NCBI GenBank assembly: GCA_011052365.1
Contig: DRJC01000200.1
Span: 1 to 59,156 of the forward strand
Direction of reading: 5' to 3'
Source of the DNA: Ignavibacteria bacterium
GTDB taxonomy: Bacteria; Bacteroidota; Ignavibacteria; Ignavibacteriales; Ignavibacteriaceae
Length of the DNA: 59,156 nucleotides
Numbering within the stretch: the stretch's first letter is position 1; each line of letters begins with the position of its first letter. The notes beneath the pieces were generated by a model. The model ran no database searches and was not told the DNA's origin. It saw only the letters and a list, made by a program, of their open reading frames with translations. Shown in pieces: positions 44,185-54,300 of the stretch. Both the position numbers and the translations under genes were made by a program.

Positions 44185-45198
44185 TTAAAACTGTTTCAAA
44201 AATCTATAATCATTTTCAAAGAAAACTCTTATATCCGTTATTCCGTATTTTAACATTGCAATTCTTTCAATTCCCATTCCGAAAGCATAACCTGTATATT
44301 TTTCATTATCATAACCCACATTGTCAAACACATTCGGATCAACCATTCCGCAACCCAATATTTCCAACCAACCTGAATGTTTGCAAATTTTACACCCGTC
44401 GCCCTTACAAATAAAACAGGTAATATCCATTTCAGCACTCGGTTCAGTAAAAGGGAAAAAACTTGGGCGAAAACGGAATTTCAAGTTATCTCCATAAAAT
44501 TGTTTTGCAAAAGAAGCCAACGTTCCTTTTAGTTCGGCAAATGTCACATCGGTATCAACATATAATCCTTCAACTTGATGAAACATACAATAACTTCTGG
44601 AACTAACAGCTTCATTCCTGTAAACACGTCCCGGCATAATCGCTCTTACAGGTGGTTTCTGTGCTTGCATTAGTCTTATTTGAACCGGGGAAGTGTGTGT
44701 GCGTAAAACAAAATCATCGCTTATAAAAAAAGTATCCTGCATATCTCTTGCCGGATGATCGGGTGGAAAATTAAGTGCTTCAAAATTATTGTAATCGGAT
44801 TCAAGTTCCGGTCCTTCAGAAACAGAAAAGCCCATACCTTTAAAGATTGATTTAATTTCATCAAGAGTTTGAGTTAGAATATGCTTGCTCCCGATATTTC
44901 TTTCTATACCGGGTAAGGTTAAATCAACATCAATACTTTTACTGCTGCCGTCTTTAGATACTTGCTCCTTTACAACATTAAATTGATTTTGCAGGCCTGA
45001 CCGAAGTGTGTTTAAAACTTTTCCTAATTGAGGCTTTTCTTCCTTGGATGCATCCTTTAACAAACCGAACAGAGAAGCTATTAAACCATTTTTACTAAAG
45101 TACTTAACTCTTAATTCTTCAAGTTGTTTATCGTTATCTATATTAGAAATTTCTTTTGAAAAATCTTCTTTAATCTGCTCTATTTTTTCTTGAAGCAT
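44185..45198 (-). CDS. pheS: Phenylalanine--tRNA ligase alpha subunit
   Basis: HPARDMQDTFF, class II motifs FRPSFFPFTEPS and GMGIERIAMLKYGI. Confidence 0.97.
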   Translation of the reverse strand: MLQEKIEQIKEDFSKEISNIDNDKQLEELRVKYFSKNGLIASLFGLLKDASKEEKPQLGKVLNTLRSGLQNQFNVVKEQVSKDGSSKSIDVDLTLPGIERNIGSKHILTQTLDEIKSIFKGMGFSVSEGPELESDYNNFEALNFPPDHPARDMQDTFFISDDFVLRTHTSPVQIRLMQAQKPPVRAIMPGRVYRNEAVSSRSYCMFHQVEGLYVDTDVTFAELKGTLASFAKQFYGDNLKFRFRPSFFPFTEPSAEMDITCFICKGDGCKICKHSGWLEILGCGMVDPNVFDNVGYDNEKYTGYAFGMGIERIAMLKYGITDIRVFFENDYRFLKQF

Positions 45199-45316
45199 TA
45201 TGTATCCCGTATATTTGTTTGCTCCTCGTAAATTATTTTATTTAGTCTTAGAAGCATTTTCTACTTTAAATGATTAGAGAAATACGAAGAGAAATTGGTC
45301 AATTATTTAAAATGAT

Positions 45317-45341
45317 GCCCCCTAATAATTTATTAGGGGGC
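45317..45341 (-). terminator. GC-rich hairpin after rplT
   Basis: GCCCCCTAATAA / TTATTAGGGGGC palindrome directly after the rplT stop. On the minus strand it is followed by ATCATTTT. Confidence 0.55.
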
Positions 45342-45347
45342 AAAGAA

Positions 45348-45695
45348 TTAATTTTTAGTAAATTCTACTAATTCACTAAAAGTAGATGGATTTTCGAGAG
45401 CTAAACTTGCCAATACTTTTCTATTTATATTTATTCCTTTTAGACTTAATGCGTGCATAAGCCTGGAATAAGTTGTACCGTTTTGTCTTGCAGCAGCATT
45501 TATACGAATAATCCACAATCTTCTAAAGGTTCTTTTCTTTAGTCTTCTATCCCTGTAAGCATGAACCAAACCTTTTTCAACGTGATTTTTAGCAACAGTA
45601 TAAACCTTGCTTCTTGCTCCCCAATATCCTTTGGCAAGCTTTAGAATCTTCTTCCTTCTTCTATGAGAAGCTACTTTGTTTTGAGAACGAGGCAT
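45348..45695 (-). CDS. rplT: 50S ribosomal protein L20
   Basis: [29 protein letters not shown]... Confidence 0.97.
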   Translation of the reverse strand: MPRSQNKVASHRRRKKILKLAKGYWGARSKVYTVAKNHVEKGLVHAYRDRRLKKRTFRRLWIIRINAAARQNGTTYSRLMHALSLKGININRKVLASLALENPSTFSELVEFTKN

Positions 45696-45712
45696 ATTAA
45701 ATATCCTTTATC

Positions 45713-45904
45713 TTATTGTATCATAGTTTTTACGCGCTTTTCTTCTGATGATGAAACAAGAGTAGCGTGGCGTAAATTACGCTTTCTCTTTGTTGACTTT
45801 GAAGTCAAAATATGACTTGCATAAGCTTTTTTTCTTTTTATTTTGCCAGAGGCAGTTTTTCTAAAACTTTTACTTGCACCTTTGTTGCTTTTCATTTTTG
45901 GCAT
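45713..45904 (-). CDS. rpmI: 50S ribosomal protein L35
   Basis: [27 protein letters not shown]... Confidence 0.95.
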   Translation of the reverse strand: MPKMKSNKGASKSFRKTASGKIKRKKAYASHILTSKSTKRKRNLRHATLVSSSEEKRVKTMIQ

Positions 45905-45913
45905 TTTTTATTC

Positions 45914-46453
45914 CTAATTGTTTTTCTTTTTTCCTTTAGCTTTTAATGGAACTAAAATTAAATTCATATTCCGCCCTTCCATTTTAAGCGGAGATTCTAT
46001 TTTGGCAATATCTTCAACTTTTTCTACAAATCTTGCAAGTAATTCTTCACCTTGTTCCTTATAAGCCATTTCCCTTCCTTTAAACATAACTGAAACTTTA
46101 ACTTTGTTACCTTCTTCCAAAAAATTCATTGCGTGTTTAGCTTTAAACTCAAAATCATGCACATCAGTATTGGGATGAAGCCTTATTTCTTTTAAAATCG
46201 ATACAGTTTGATTCTTTCTTTGTAATTTTTCTCTCTTTTGTTGCTCATATTTAAACTTGCCATAATTAATAATCTTACATACAGGAGGATCCGCTTGCGG
46301 TGCTATCTCTACTAAATCTTGTCCTCTTTCTTCTGCTTTTTCTAAAGCTTCATTTATTGGCATAACTCCTAATTGTTTACCGTCAAAATCTATTACTCTT
46401 ACCTGTTGGGAAACAATTTCTTCATTTATTTTTACAAAATTTCTTTTAGCGAT
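45914..46453 (-). CDS. infC: Translation initiation factor IF-3, with a non-AUG (ATC) start
   Basis: The ORF track starts at an internal Met (46363). The frame stays open upstream and encodes AKRNFVKINEEIVSQQVRVIDFDGKQLGV, the conserved IF3 N-domain. The only plausible start is ATC at 46453-46451, 6 nt after a GAGAGG SD. Confidence 0.85.
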   Translation of the reverse strand: MAKRNFVKINEEIVSQQVRVIDFDGKQLGVMPINEALEKAEERGQDLVEIAPQADPPVCKIINYGKFKYEQQKREKLQRKNQTVSILKEIRLHPNTDVHDFEFKAKHAMNFLEEGNKVKVSVMFKGREMAYKEQGEELLARFVEKVEDIAKIESPLKMEGRNMNLILVPLKAKGKKKNN

Positions 46454-46467
46454 TGAATACCTCTCTT

Positions 46468-48411
46468 TTAGTTAATCAATTTATTTTTTATTTCATCTGT
46501 AATATTATCAATAAAATCATTTAGAGACAAAGTTCCTTTATCACCTTCTTTATGTTTTCTAACGGAAATATTACCTGCTGTTTGTTCCTTTTCACCAATT
46601 ATTAACATATATGGAATTTTATTTGTTTCACTTTCTCTAATTTTGTAACCAATTTTTTCATTTCTTTCATCAATTTCAACTCTTAAGCCATTTTCTTTTA
46701 ACGAATTTACAACTTTTTTTGCATATTCAATGTAATTTTGAGAAACCGGAATAACAGTTACTTGAACCGGAGATAGCCAGGTAGGAAAATATCCGGCATA
46801 ATGTTCGATAAGCACACCGATAAATCTTTCCAGTGATCCAAACGGCGCCCTATGAATAACAACCGGACGATGTTTCTGTCCGTCACTTCCGACATATTCC
46901 AAATTAAATCTTTCGGGCATAACGTAATCAATTTGGACAGTACCAAGCTGCCATTTTCTACCAAGAACATCTTTAACCATAAAATCAATTTTAGGTCCGT
47001 AAAAAGCGGCTTCACCTTCTACTATTTTATAATTCAAGTTCATTTCATCTGCAGCAGCTTTAATTTCTTTTTGAGCTTTTTCCCATAATTCGATTTCGCC
47101 GCCGTATTTTTCAGTATTGTTATCCCTGTAAGAAAGCTGGGTTGTAAAATCTGCAAAACCGACTGCGGAAAAAACCGTCTGTACCAAATCAATCACATCA
47201 AGTAATTCATCTTTTAGCTGGTCTTGACGCACAAACATATGCGAATCATCCACAGCAAAAGAACGAACTCGTGTCAACCCGTTTAATTCACCTGACTGCT
47301 CATAACGGTATACCGTTCCAAATTCAGCGAGACGAAGAGGCAGATCTCTGTAGCTGCGCATCTTGGAAGAATATATCTGGAAGTGATGGGGACAATTCAT
47401 CGGTCTGAGTAAGTATTCTTCTTTACTGTTTTCAAATTTTAAAGTTGGGAACTGGCTATCTTTATAATAAGGATAATGACCGCTTGTTTTGTATAATTCA
47501 ATATTTCCGATATGAGGTGTTACAACAGGCAAGTATCCTCTTTTCACTTGTTCTTCACGCAGAAAATTTTCTAATGTTTCTCTTAAGACAGCACCTTTAG
47601 GCAACCATAAAGGTAAACCCGCTCCAACTTTTGGAGTGAAATAAAACAGCTCAAGCTCCCTGCCTAATTTTCTATGATCACGTTTTTTTGCTTCTTCCAA
47701 CAATGCAAGATGCTCATCCAACATTTTCTTTTTTGGAAATGAAATCCCGTAAATTCTTTGAAGCTGCTTATTGTGTTCGTCCCCTCTCCAATATGAACCC
47801 GAGATATTCAACAACTTTACATATTTAATTTTACCGGCAGACGGTAAGTGTGGACCTCTGCATAAATCTACAAATTCACCTTCTTTGTACAAGCTAACTT
47901 TTTCTGATTTTTCATCTATCTCCGATAAGATCTCAAGTTTATATTCATCACTTTTTTCTTTAAAAAATTTAACAGCTTCATCTTTTGAAATATCTTGTCT
48001 TATAAATTGGTCATTACGTTTAGCTATTTCCAACATTTTTTCTTCAATCTTAATAAGCTCTTCTTCGGTAATAGATGAATTTATATCAATGTCATAATAA
48101 AAGCCGCTTTCAATTGCGGGCCCTACACCAAACTTTGCCTCAGGATAAATTTCCTTAACGGCATGAGCCATTAAGTGAGAAGTTGAATGCCAATAAACTT
48201 CTTTGCCTTCATCATCTTTAAACGTGAAAAATTGAATGGTGGAATCGGAATTTAATTTGCTATGTATATCTTTTATTTCGTCGTTAACTTTAACAGCTAA
48301 AGCATCATCAGCCAAACGATGTGAAATTGACTCGGCAATTTTGAAAGCAGTAATTCCTTTTTCAAATTGCTTTACCGAACCGTCAGGAAATGTAATATTT
48401 ATATTTTCCAT
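46468..48411 (-). CDS. thrS: Threonine--tRNA ligase
   Basis: TGS domain N-terminus, editing-domain HSTSHLMAHA, class II core (RPMNCPHH, FRYEQSG, GTVQID), anticodon-binding C-terminus. Confidence 0.97.
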   Translation of the reverse strand: MENINITFPDGSVKQFEKGITAFKIAESISHRLADDALAVKVNDEIKDIHSKLNSDSTIQFFTFKDDEGKEVYWHSTSHLMAHAVKEIYPEAKFGVGPAIESGFYYDIDINSSITEEELIKIEEKMLEIAKRNDQFIRQDISKDEAVKFFKEKSDEYKLEILSEIDEKSEKVSLYKEGEFVDLCRGPHLPSAGKIKYVKLLNISGSYWRGDEHNKQLQRIYGISFPKKKMLDEHLALLEEAKKRDHRKLGRELELFYFTPKVGAGLPLWLPKGAVLRETLENFLREEQVKRGYLPVVTPHIGNIELYKTSGHYPYYKDSQFPTLKFENSKEEYLLRPMNCPHHFQIYSSKMRSYRDLPLRLAEFGTVYRYEQSGELNGLTRVRSFAVDDSHMFVRQDQLKDELLDVIDLVQTVFSAVGFADFTTQLSYRDNNTEKYGGEIELWEKAQKEIKAAADEMNLNYKIVEGEAAFYGPKIDFMVKDVLGRKWQLGTVQIDYVMPERFNLEYVGSDGQKHRPVVIHRAPFGSLERFIGVLIEHYAGYFPTWLSPVQVTVIPVSQNYIEYAKKVVNSLKENGLRVEIDERNEKIGYKIRESETNKIPYMLIIGEKEQTAGNISVRKHKEGDKGTLSLNDFIDNITDEIKNKLIN

Positions 48412-48428
48412 ATTATTTTACTGTTCAT

Positions 48429-48450
48429 AAAAAAATCGGAGACAACTCCG
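48429..48450 (-). terminator. Hairpin + U-run immediately after tRNA-Val and 18 nt before the thrS ATG
   Basis: Minus strand reads CGGAG-uugu-CUCCG followed by AUUUUUUU. Confidence 0.5.
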
Positions 48451-48461
48451 ACTAACTACTG

Positions 48462-48535
48462 TGGGCTCTAGAGGAGTCGAACCTCTGACCTTCTGCACGT
48501 CAAGCAGACACTCTAACCAACTGAGCTAAGAGCCC
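48462..48535 (-). tRNA. tRNA-Val (anticodon GAC)
   Basis: Minus strand begins GGGCTCTTAGCTCAGTTGGTTAGAG.... Anticodon stem TCTGC/GCAGA with loop TTGACGT. T-arm AGAGG-TTCGACT-CCTCT. Acceptor GGGCTCT/AGAGCCC. No encoded CCA. Confidence 0.92.
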
Positions 48536-48673
48536 AGAACTTTAAAAAGAAAAAGGTAAAATTAAAATCCCAAAGGAATGCCTTTCCATAGGACACCTTT
48601 ACCAAAGGCAATCCTTCGGAACGGATCGACAAAAGTAAAGATTTACGTTTCTAATTTTTTTTCTTGTATACTG

Positions 48674-48759
48674 TACCGAGGGCCGGACTCGAACCGGCAC
48701 GGGAAAAAATTCCCACTGGATTTTAAGTCCAGTGCGTCTACCAATTCCGCCACCCCGGC
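48674..48759 (-). tRNA. tRNA-Leu (anticodon TAA), long variable arm
   Basis: Minus strand begins GCCGGGGTGGCGGAATTGGTAGACGC.... Anticodon stem CTGGA/TCCAG with loop CTTAAAA. Variable arm GGGAATTTTTTCCC. T-arm GCCGG-TTCGAGT-CCGGC. Confidence 0.92.
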
Positions 48760-48988
48760 AAGAAATTAGATAATCAAAAAATTTAAGGAACTCTTTTACC
48801 TATTTTACTTTTTTACAATCAATTTTAGCTTGTAAATATAGAGAAATGTTCATTGTTTTTCAAGATTTCTTGGTTTTATAAAAAACACAGATTTAACGGT
48901 AAGAAAACATTCTTATAATGATTGCCGATTATTTTTATTCTCTACGAATTTCACTAAATTATAGCACATTTTTATTTAATATGATTTT

Positions 48989-49831
48989 ATGTCGGATGAA
49001 TTAAACAATAATACCGTCTTGTCCATATCATCTTATCTTAAAGATAAGAGAAACTTCAATCTTAAATATCTATGCCCTTCCTTAATAAACAGAAGATTAA
49101 ACCGGCGTCTGCTTGAACTAAATATAAAATCTTCTAAAGAATATTATAATTATTTGCTTGATACAGATGATGAAATAGATGAACTAATAAATTCCTTAAT
49201 GATAAACTATTCTACATTTTTTAGGAATTCTTTATTATTTGAATATATCGCTAACATAATATTACCTGAAATTCTAACACAAAAGGACATAGGGAAAGGA
49301 AAAAGCTTAAGAATTTGGTCTGTCGGTTGCTCCAGCGGTGAAGAACCATATTCAACAGCAATTTTGATTAATGAATTTATTCAAAAAAATGATATTGATT
49401 TTGAATTTAATTTGTTTGCCACAGATATTGATACGGATTCATTAACTAAAGCAAAAAAAGGTACGTATAGTTTTGAAGCAGTAGAAAGTGTGAAATATGG
49501 TCTACTTCAAAAATATTTCAAAAAAGATGATGGATTATTTTATCTGTCGGATGATATTAAAAATATGGTTTCTTTTTCAAAATATGACGTTTTTGATAAG
49601 AAAGGATTCTCACCCCCTCAAAGTATCTTTGGAGATTTTGATATTGTTATTTGTCGTAATTTATTGATTTATTACAACCAGGCCTCTCAAGAAAAAATTT
49701 GTGATAAACTTTCATGTTCGATTTCTAATAACGGTTATTTAATTCTTGGCAAGGTTGAACATCTTTCTAATAATATTGCTTCATATTTTAAAATGGAAAA
49801 CGAATATTTACATTTATATAAGAAAAAATAA
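48989..49831 (+). CDS. cheR: CheR-type protein-glutamate O-methyltransferase (orphan)
   Basis: NYSTFFRN (TxFFR), SAM-binding IWSVGCSSGEEPYSTAILI, FATDID...L.KAKKG.Y, DIVICRNLLIYYN. Confidence 0.88.
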   Translation: MSDELNNNTVLSISSYLKDKRNFNLKYLCPSLINRRLNRRLLELNIKSSKEYYNYLLDTDDEIDELINSLMINYSTFFRNSLLFEYIANIILPEILTQKDIGKGKSLRIWSVGCSSGEEPYSTAILINEFIQKNDIDFEFNLFATDIDTDSLTKAKKGTYSFEAVESVKYGLLQKYFKKDDGLFYLSDDIKNMVSFSKYDVFDKKGFSPPQSIFGDFDIVICRNLLIYYNQASQEKICDKLSCSISNNGYLILGKVEHLSNNIASYFKMENEYLHLYKKK

Positions 49832-49855
49832 GTTGAATTTTAACATTTTAACAAT

Positions 49856-51028
49856 ATGAGATTACAAAACCTTAATACAAGAAACAAACTTCTTCTTTCA
49901 TCTCTGATAATAATTGGGATTACATTGTTAATCTATTTTTTATCCGCGAAACAAGAAATGAGAATGAGTCCTCTTGGTCAACCGACAAATTTACCCAACC
50001 ACCCAATTTATTCTCAATACATTTACACCCAAAATGATACCACAATAAATATTGGTTTTCAGCCTTTATACTTACCAACCGGAATTATATTTGAAGTTAT
50101 AAAACGCGATAGAATTCTTCAGAATGTCCTTAAACGTTTAGGAAAGAAAATTGCATATTTTCCATACATCAAGGGTGCCGATATTAACTTTTTCTTAAAA
50201 CAAAAAGAACTGGTTGCCGGGGTTGGCGGTGATATGCCGGCTTTATCTGCCTCATCGGAGTTCGATATCATTATACCGGTGATTTTACAGAAAGGAAATG
50301 TCTCTATCGTTTCAAGCCAGCCGATGTTAACAAATGATATGAAGGGAAAACGTATCGCATATCCCTTCGGATCAATCTCACATTATTTTCTTTTAGACCA
50401 ATTGCATGATGCGGGAATTAAGGATAACGAAGTGACATTAATTCCCATGGATGTTAGGTTTATGGCAGATGCATTACACAATAACAAAATTGATTTGTTT
50501 TCTGCGTGGGAACCGATTGTGGCTTCAGCACTAAAACAATATCCTAAGTTTTTTATGACCTATAGAAGAATATCAACCGGGTATTTATATTTCTCAAGAA
50601 AATTTGCCGTAAACAATCCGAAAGCTGTCAATCATATTCTTGCCGCTGTTATTCGTGCATTTACCTGGATGAAAAAAGATAGGAGGAACCTTCTCTTGGC
50701 TTGTCAATGGAATTTAACGGAGATGGAAAAATTAACCGGAGGAAAAGACATATTAGACACAGAAGAAATTGCCGACCTTGCACTAAAGGATATTTTAGGA
50801 TATAATTCTAAGTTCTCAATTGTTATAAATGAAAATGATACACAAATAAACAGTCCACTTCATCAAGAATTCAGATTCCTTAAAGGATTAAACAAAGTGC
50901 CTGCAAGCAGCCGATGGGATAAAGTAAGTAAAAGCTTTAATCGAAATTTGATCTTAAAAATTTTTAAACAACCTAAAAAATATAATCTGAATAAATTTGA
51001 CTATGACACTGCTTTTAAGGAGCATTAA
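49856..51028 (+). CDS. Membrane-anchored periplasmic-binding-protein-like protein (NMT1/NitT/TauT-type SBP fold)
   Basis: Single N-terminal TM (LLLSSLIIIGITLLIYFL). About 330 aa with an SBP-like pattern (INIGFQPLYLP..., GGDMPAL, AYPFGSISHYFL, FSAWEP). No permease or ATPase genes nearby. Confidence 0.6.
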   Translation: MRLQNLNTRNKLLLSSLIIIGITLLIYFLSAKQEMRMSPLGQPTNLPNHPIYSQYIYTQNDTTINIGFQPLYLPTGIIFEVIKRDRILQNVLKRLGKKIAYFPYIKGADINFFLKQKELVAGVGGDMPALSASSEFDIIIPVILQKGNVSIVSSQPMLTNDMKGKRIAYPFGSISHYFLLDQLHDAGIKDNEVTLIPMDVRFMADALHNNKIDLFSAWEPIVASALKQYPKFFMTYRRISTGYLYFSRKFAVNNPKAVNHILAAVIRAFTWMKKDRRNLLLACQWNLTEMEKLTGGKDILDTEEIADLALKDILGYNSKFSIVINENDTQINSPLHQEFRFLKGLNKVPASSRWDKVSKSFNRNLILKIFKQPKKYNLNKFDYDTAFKEH

Positions 51029-51312
51029 TATGGATTATCATTTGCAGTCGATAATTTTATTTGAAATAAAAAAACAAGGTGAGTTAGTTGATCATTTAAC
51101 AGTTACACTTGATGAAAAGTACATAAACGAAGATATTTATAAAAATAAAAATCGGACATATTGGAGATCATAAGATTACTAAATGGATATATAAAACATC
51201 TTACTACGAGGAAGAAAGAGAAGATAGTTGAGTAGTTGATTTGTATTACTTACCAAATTACCTACTAACCGATTTAACAACTCTACTACGGCTAATTTAT
51301 TAGGAGTTTCAA

Positions 51313-54300
51313 ATGAAGAAATTTGCATTCAAAAGCATCAAAACACGTTTAACTTTTTGGTTTCTTTGTGTTGCGTTAATACCGTTATCAATAATTTTAG
51401 TAATTACATATACACAAAGAGCAAAAGCTATTGAAATTAGAACATTTGAAAAACTTACGGCAATACGTGACTTAAAAGTAAAACAGTTGGAGTCTTGGAT
51501 TGATGAAAGAATAGGAGATATGAAAACAGCTTCTTCCAATTATAGCCTTTCTAATTTGGAAGATATTATCAATAAAAATTATCTGAATAAAAATGATATT
51601 AAAATACTTAATAATGACAGGCAGATATTAATTCGTTATTTGGAAAATTATTTATCTTATGATGAGTTTTTCATAATCAATCCCCTCAACGGGGAAATTA
51701 TTATATCTACCAATACAAGTTCTGAAGGTGAAGACAAATCGAATAATACTTATTTCTTAAAGCCGATGCAATCTCAAGAACTTTTTATTAAGGATATTTA
51801 CTATTCAAAAGAAAAATCAAAAGTAACCATGACATTTTCCATACCTATATTCAGCACCAAATATAATGATAACCATATCATAGGCATATTGGTTGCACGT
51901 ATTGACCTGGAACATTCTCTTTTTAACCTGCTGAGGGATAGGGTTGGATTAGGTAAAACCGGTGAAACACTTATTGTGAACAAAAATGTGATGGCTTTGA
52001 ATGAACTTCGCTGGTATGAAAATGCACCGCTTAATTTAAAGATAAATGCCCAACCTGCTGTAAGTGCAGTAAATGGTGAAACCGGAATTAAGATTTCAAC
52101 AGATTACCGCAATGTGAAAGTTTTGACTGCATATACATATATACCTGAAACCGGTTGGGGCTTTGTAAGCAAACAAGACCTTTACGAATTAAATGCTCCA
52201 ATGCGTAAAACGATTTCTGATTTCTTCATCTTATTTCTTGTAACAGCCCTCCTAATTTACATCGTCACCTTTTTTATCAGTAAGACGATATCAACACCCA
52301 TAGTAAAACTATCTTCCCACGCTAATAACATTGCAAAAGGCAACTTTGATTCTAAAATTGACATACAAACTTTTGATGAAACCGCTACACTAACAAATTC
52401 CATAAACTCAATGACATCCTCTCTTACTCAAAATATTATTGTCTCAAATAGCCAAAATATTTTGTATTCGGCTCTTGTAGAAGAAAATGAGATTACTGAT
52501 TTTGCAAAATCTTTATTACTTGAGTTGATGGATTTCAGCAACTCTGAAGTAGCTGCTTATTTTAAACTTAATGATGCGGGGACAAAATTTTATAAATTAA
52601 TTTCTTTTGGTTTAGAAGAAGAAGGCAATAATTCTTTTGATGTCCGGAATTATGAAGGAGAATTCGGAAAGGTATTAGCTGAAAAAAAAGTAATACTGCA
52701 ACAGGATATACCGGATGATACAAGGTTCTTGTATAAGACTGTAGCCGGTAATATAATTCCCAAGAACATACTTATTATCCCTCTTATTGCCGACAACGAA
52801 ATTGACTCATTAGTTGTGCTCGGCAGTCTTAATAAATATTCCGATTCATTTATTACGATAGTAAAGGAAACAACACCGTTTGTTAATTCAGCCCTTGGCA
52901 GAATTTTAGAGATAATTAAAGTAAGACACTTCACAAAGGAATTAGAGAATGCAAATATTAACCTTCAAGAAAAGTCAGAAGAACTACAAGTGCAAGCTGA
53001 AGAATTGCAAAGTCAGTCCGAAGAACTGAATGAACAGAACACCGAATTAGAAGCTCAAAAAAAATTAGTGGAAGAATCAAGTAGATTAAAAAGTCAATTC
53101 TTAACAAATATGAGTCACGAACTCAGAACCCCCCTAAATTCTGTTATTGCTTTGTCAAGAGTACTGGTGGATCAAACAAAAGACAAACTTTCAGATGAAG
53201 AGATTAATTATCTGCGGGTGATAGACAGAAACGGTAAAAATCTTCTTAATTTAATAAATGATATTTTAGACCTTTCAAAAATAGAATCGGGTAAACTTGA
53301 TTTTTATTTTGAAGACACAAATCTGTATGAAATATTAAATCTTGCCGTTGATAATTTAGAACCATTATCTGCCGAAAAAAAGATAGAGCTTGTTAAAAAA
53401 ATTCCTTCCGATATCACACATATTCAAACAGACCAAAAAAGATTTCTGCAAGTTATTGAAAATATTGTTGGCAATGCAATCAAATTTACAGATAAAGGGA
53501 GTGTTACAGTAACTGCAAGAAACGATAATGAAAATTTATATGTTGAAGTTATTGATACAGGTATTGGAATTTCCAAAACCGACATCCAACATATTTTTGA
53601 TGAATTTATTCAGGCAGACGGTTCATCAACAAAACAATTTGAAGGAACAGGATTGGGACTTACAATATCTTATAAATTAATAAAGGAACTTGGTGGAAAT
53701 TTAGAAGTAGAAAGTAAACTTGGGAAAGGATCAAAATTTACGATTATACATCCTATAAAATTATCGGATAATATCAGAAATTTTAAATCCCGACAAAGTA
53801 TCGATAACGGTACGCAATTAAATAGTAAAATATCTTATGAAAAAGCTGATTTGAATATTAATTTAACCGGAAAAAGAATTTTACTTGTTGAAGACAATGA
53901 TGTAGCAATAATTCAAATCAAAAATTTGCTGGAAGATGAAGGCCTGATAATAGACTCGGTAGTGAATGTAAAAGAGGCATTAAAATACATTAAGAATACT
54001 GTCCCCGATGGATTTATACTTGATATTATGATGCCTGGAATTGATGGAATAGAATTCTTACAAAAAATAAGGACATTCGCATTTACAAAAACTATCCCGG
54101 TTATTATGTTAACGGCTAAGGATCTGACACATAAAGAATTAGCGACAATTAAAGGAAATAATGTATATCAATTAATTTACAAAGGGGATATAAATAAGAA
54201 AGAGCTTGTTTCACTTGTGAAAGGAATGTTGAAAATTTCTACAAAAAATTCAGGAACAAAAGATAAAGAGAAAACAGTATCACTTATTTCTCCAAAAGCA

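Noticed and set aside
45199-45347. Possible T-box or leader-peptide attenuator upstream of pheS. The same was considered upstream of thrS.
   Set aside because: - No T-box consensus or specifier-loop architecture was seen.
- No Phe-rich leader ORF was seen.
- The only clear structure is the rplT terminator hairpin.
48578-48769. A 63-aa plus-strand ORF.
   Set aside because: It overlaps the tRNA-Leu gene on the opposite strand; its C-terminal half is simply the reverse-complement reading of the tRNA.
51030-51173. A 47-codon ORF (MDYHLQSIILFEIKKQGELVDHLTVTLDEKYINEDIYKNKNRTYWRS) that starts 1 nt after the stop of the SBP-like gene.
   Set aside because: - The position would allow translational coupling.
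- However, it is short, has no motif, and its Lys/Asn/Ile-rich composition is expected by chance in AT-rich spacers.
- It cannot be supported without conservation or Ribo-seq data.
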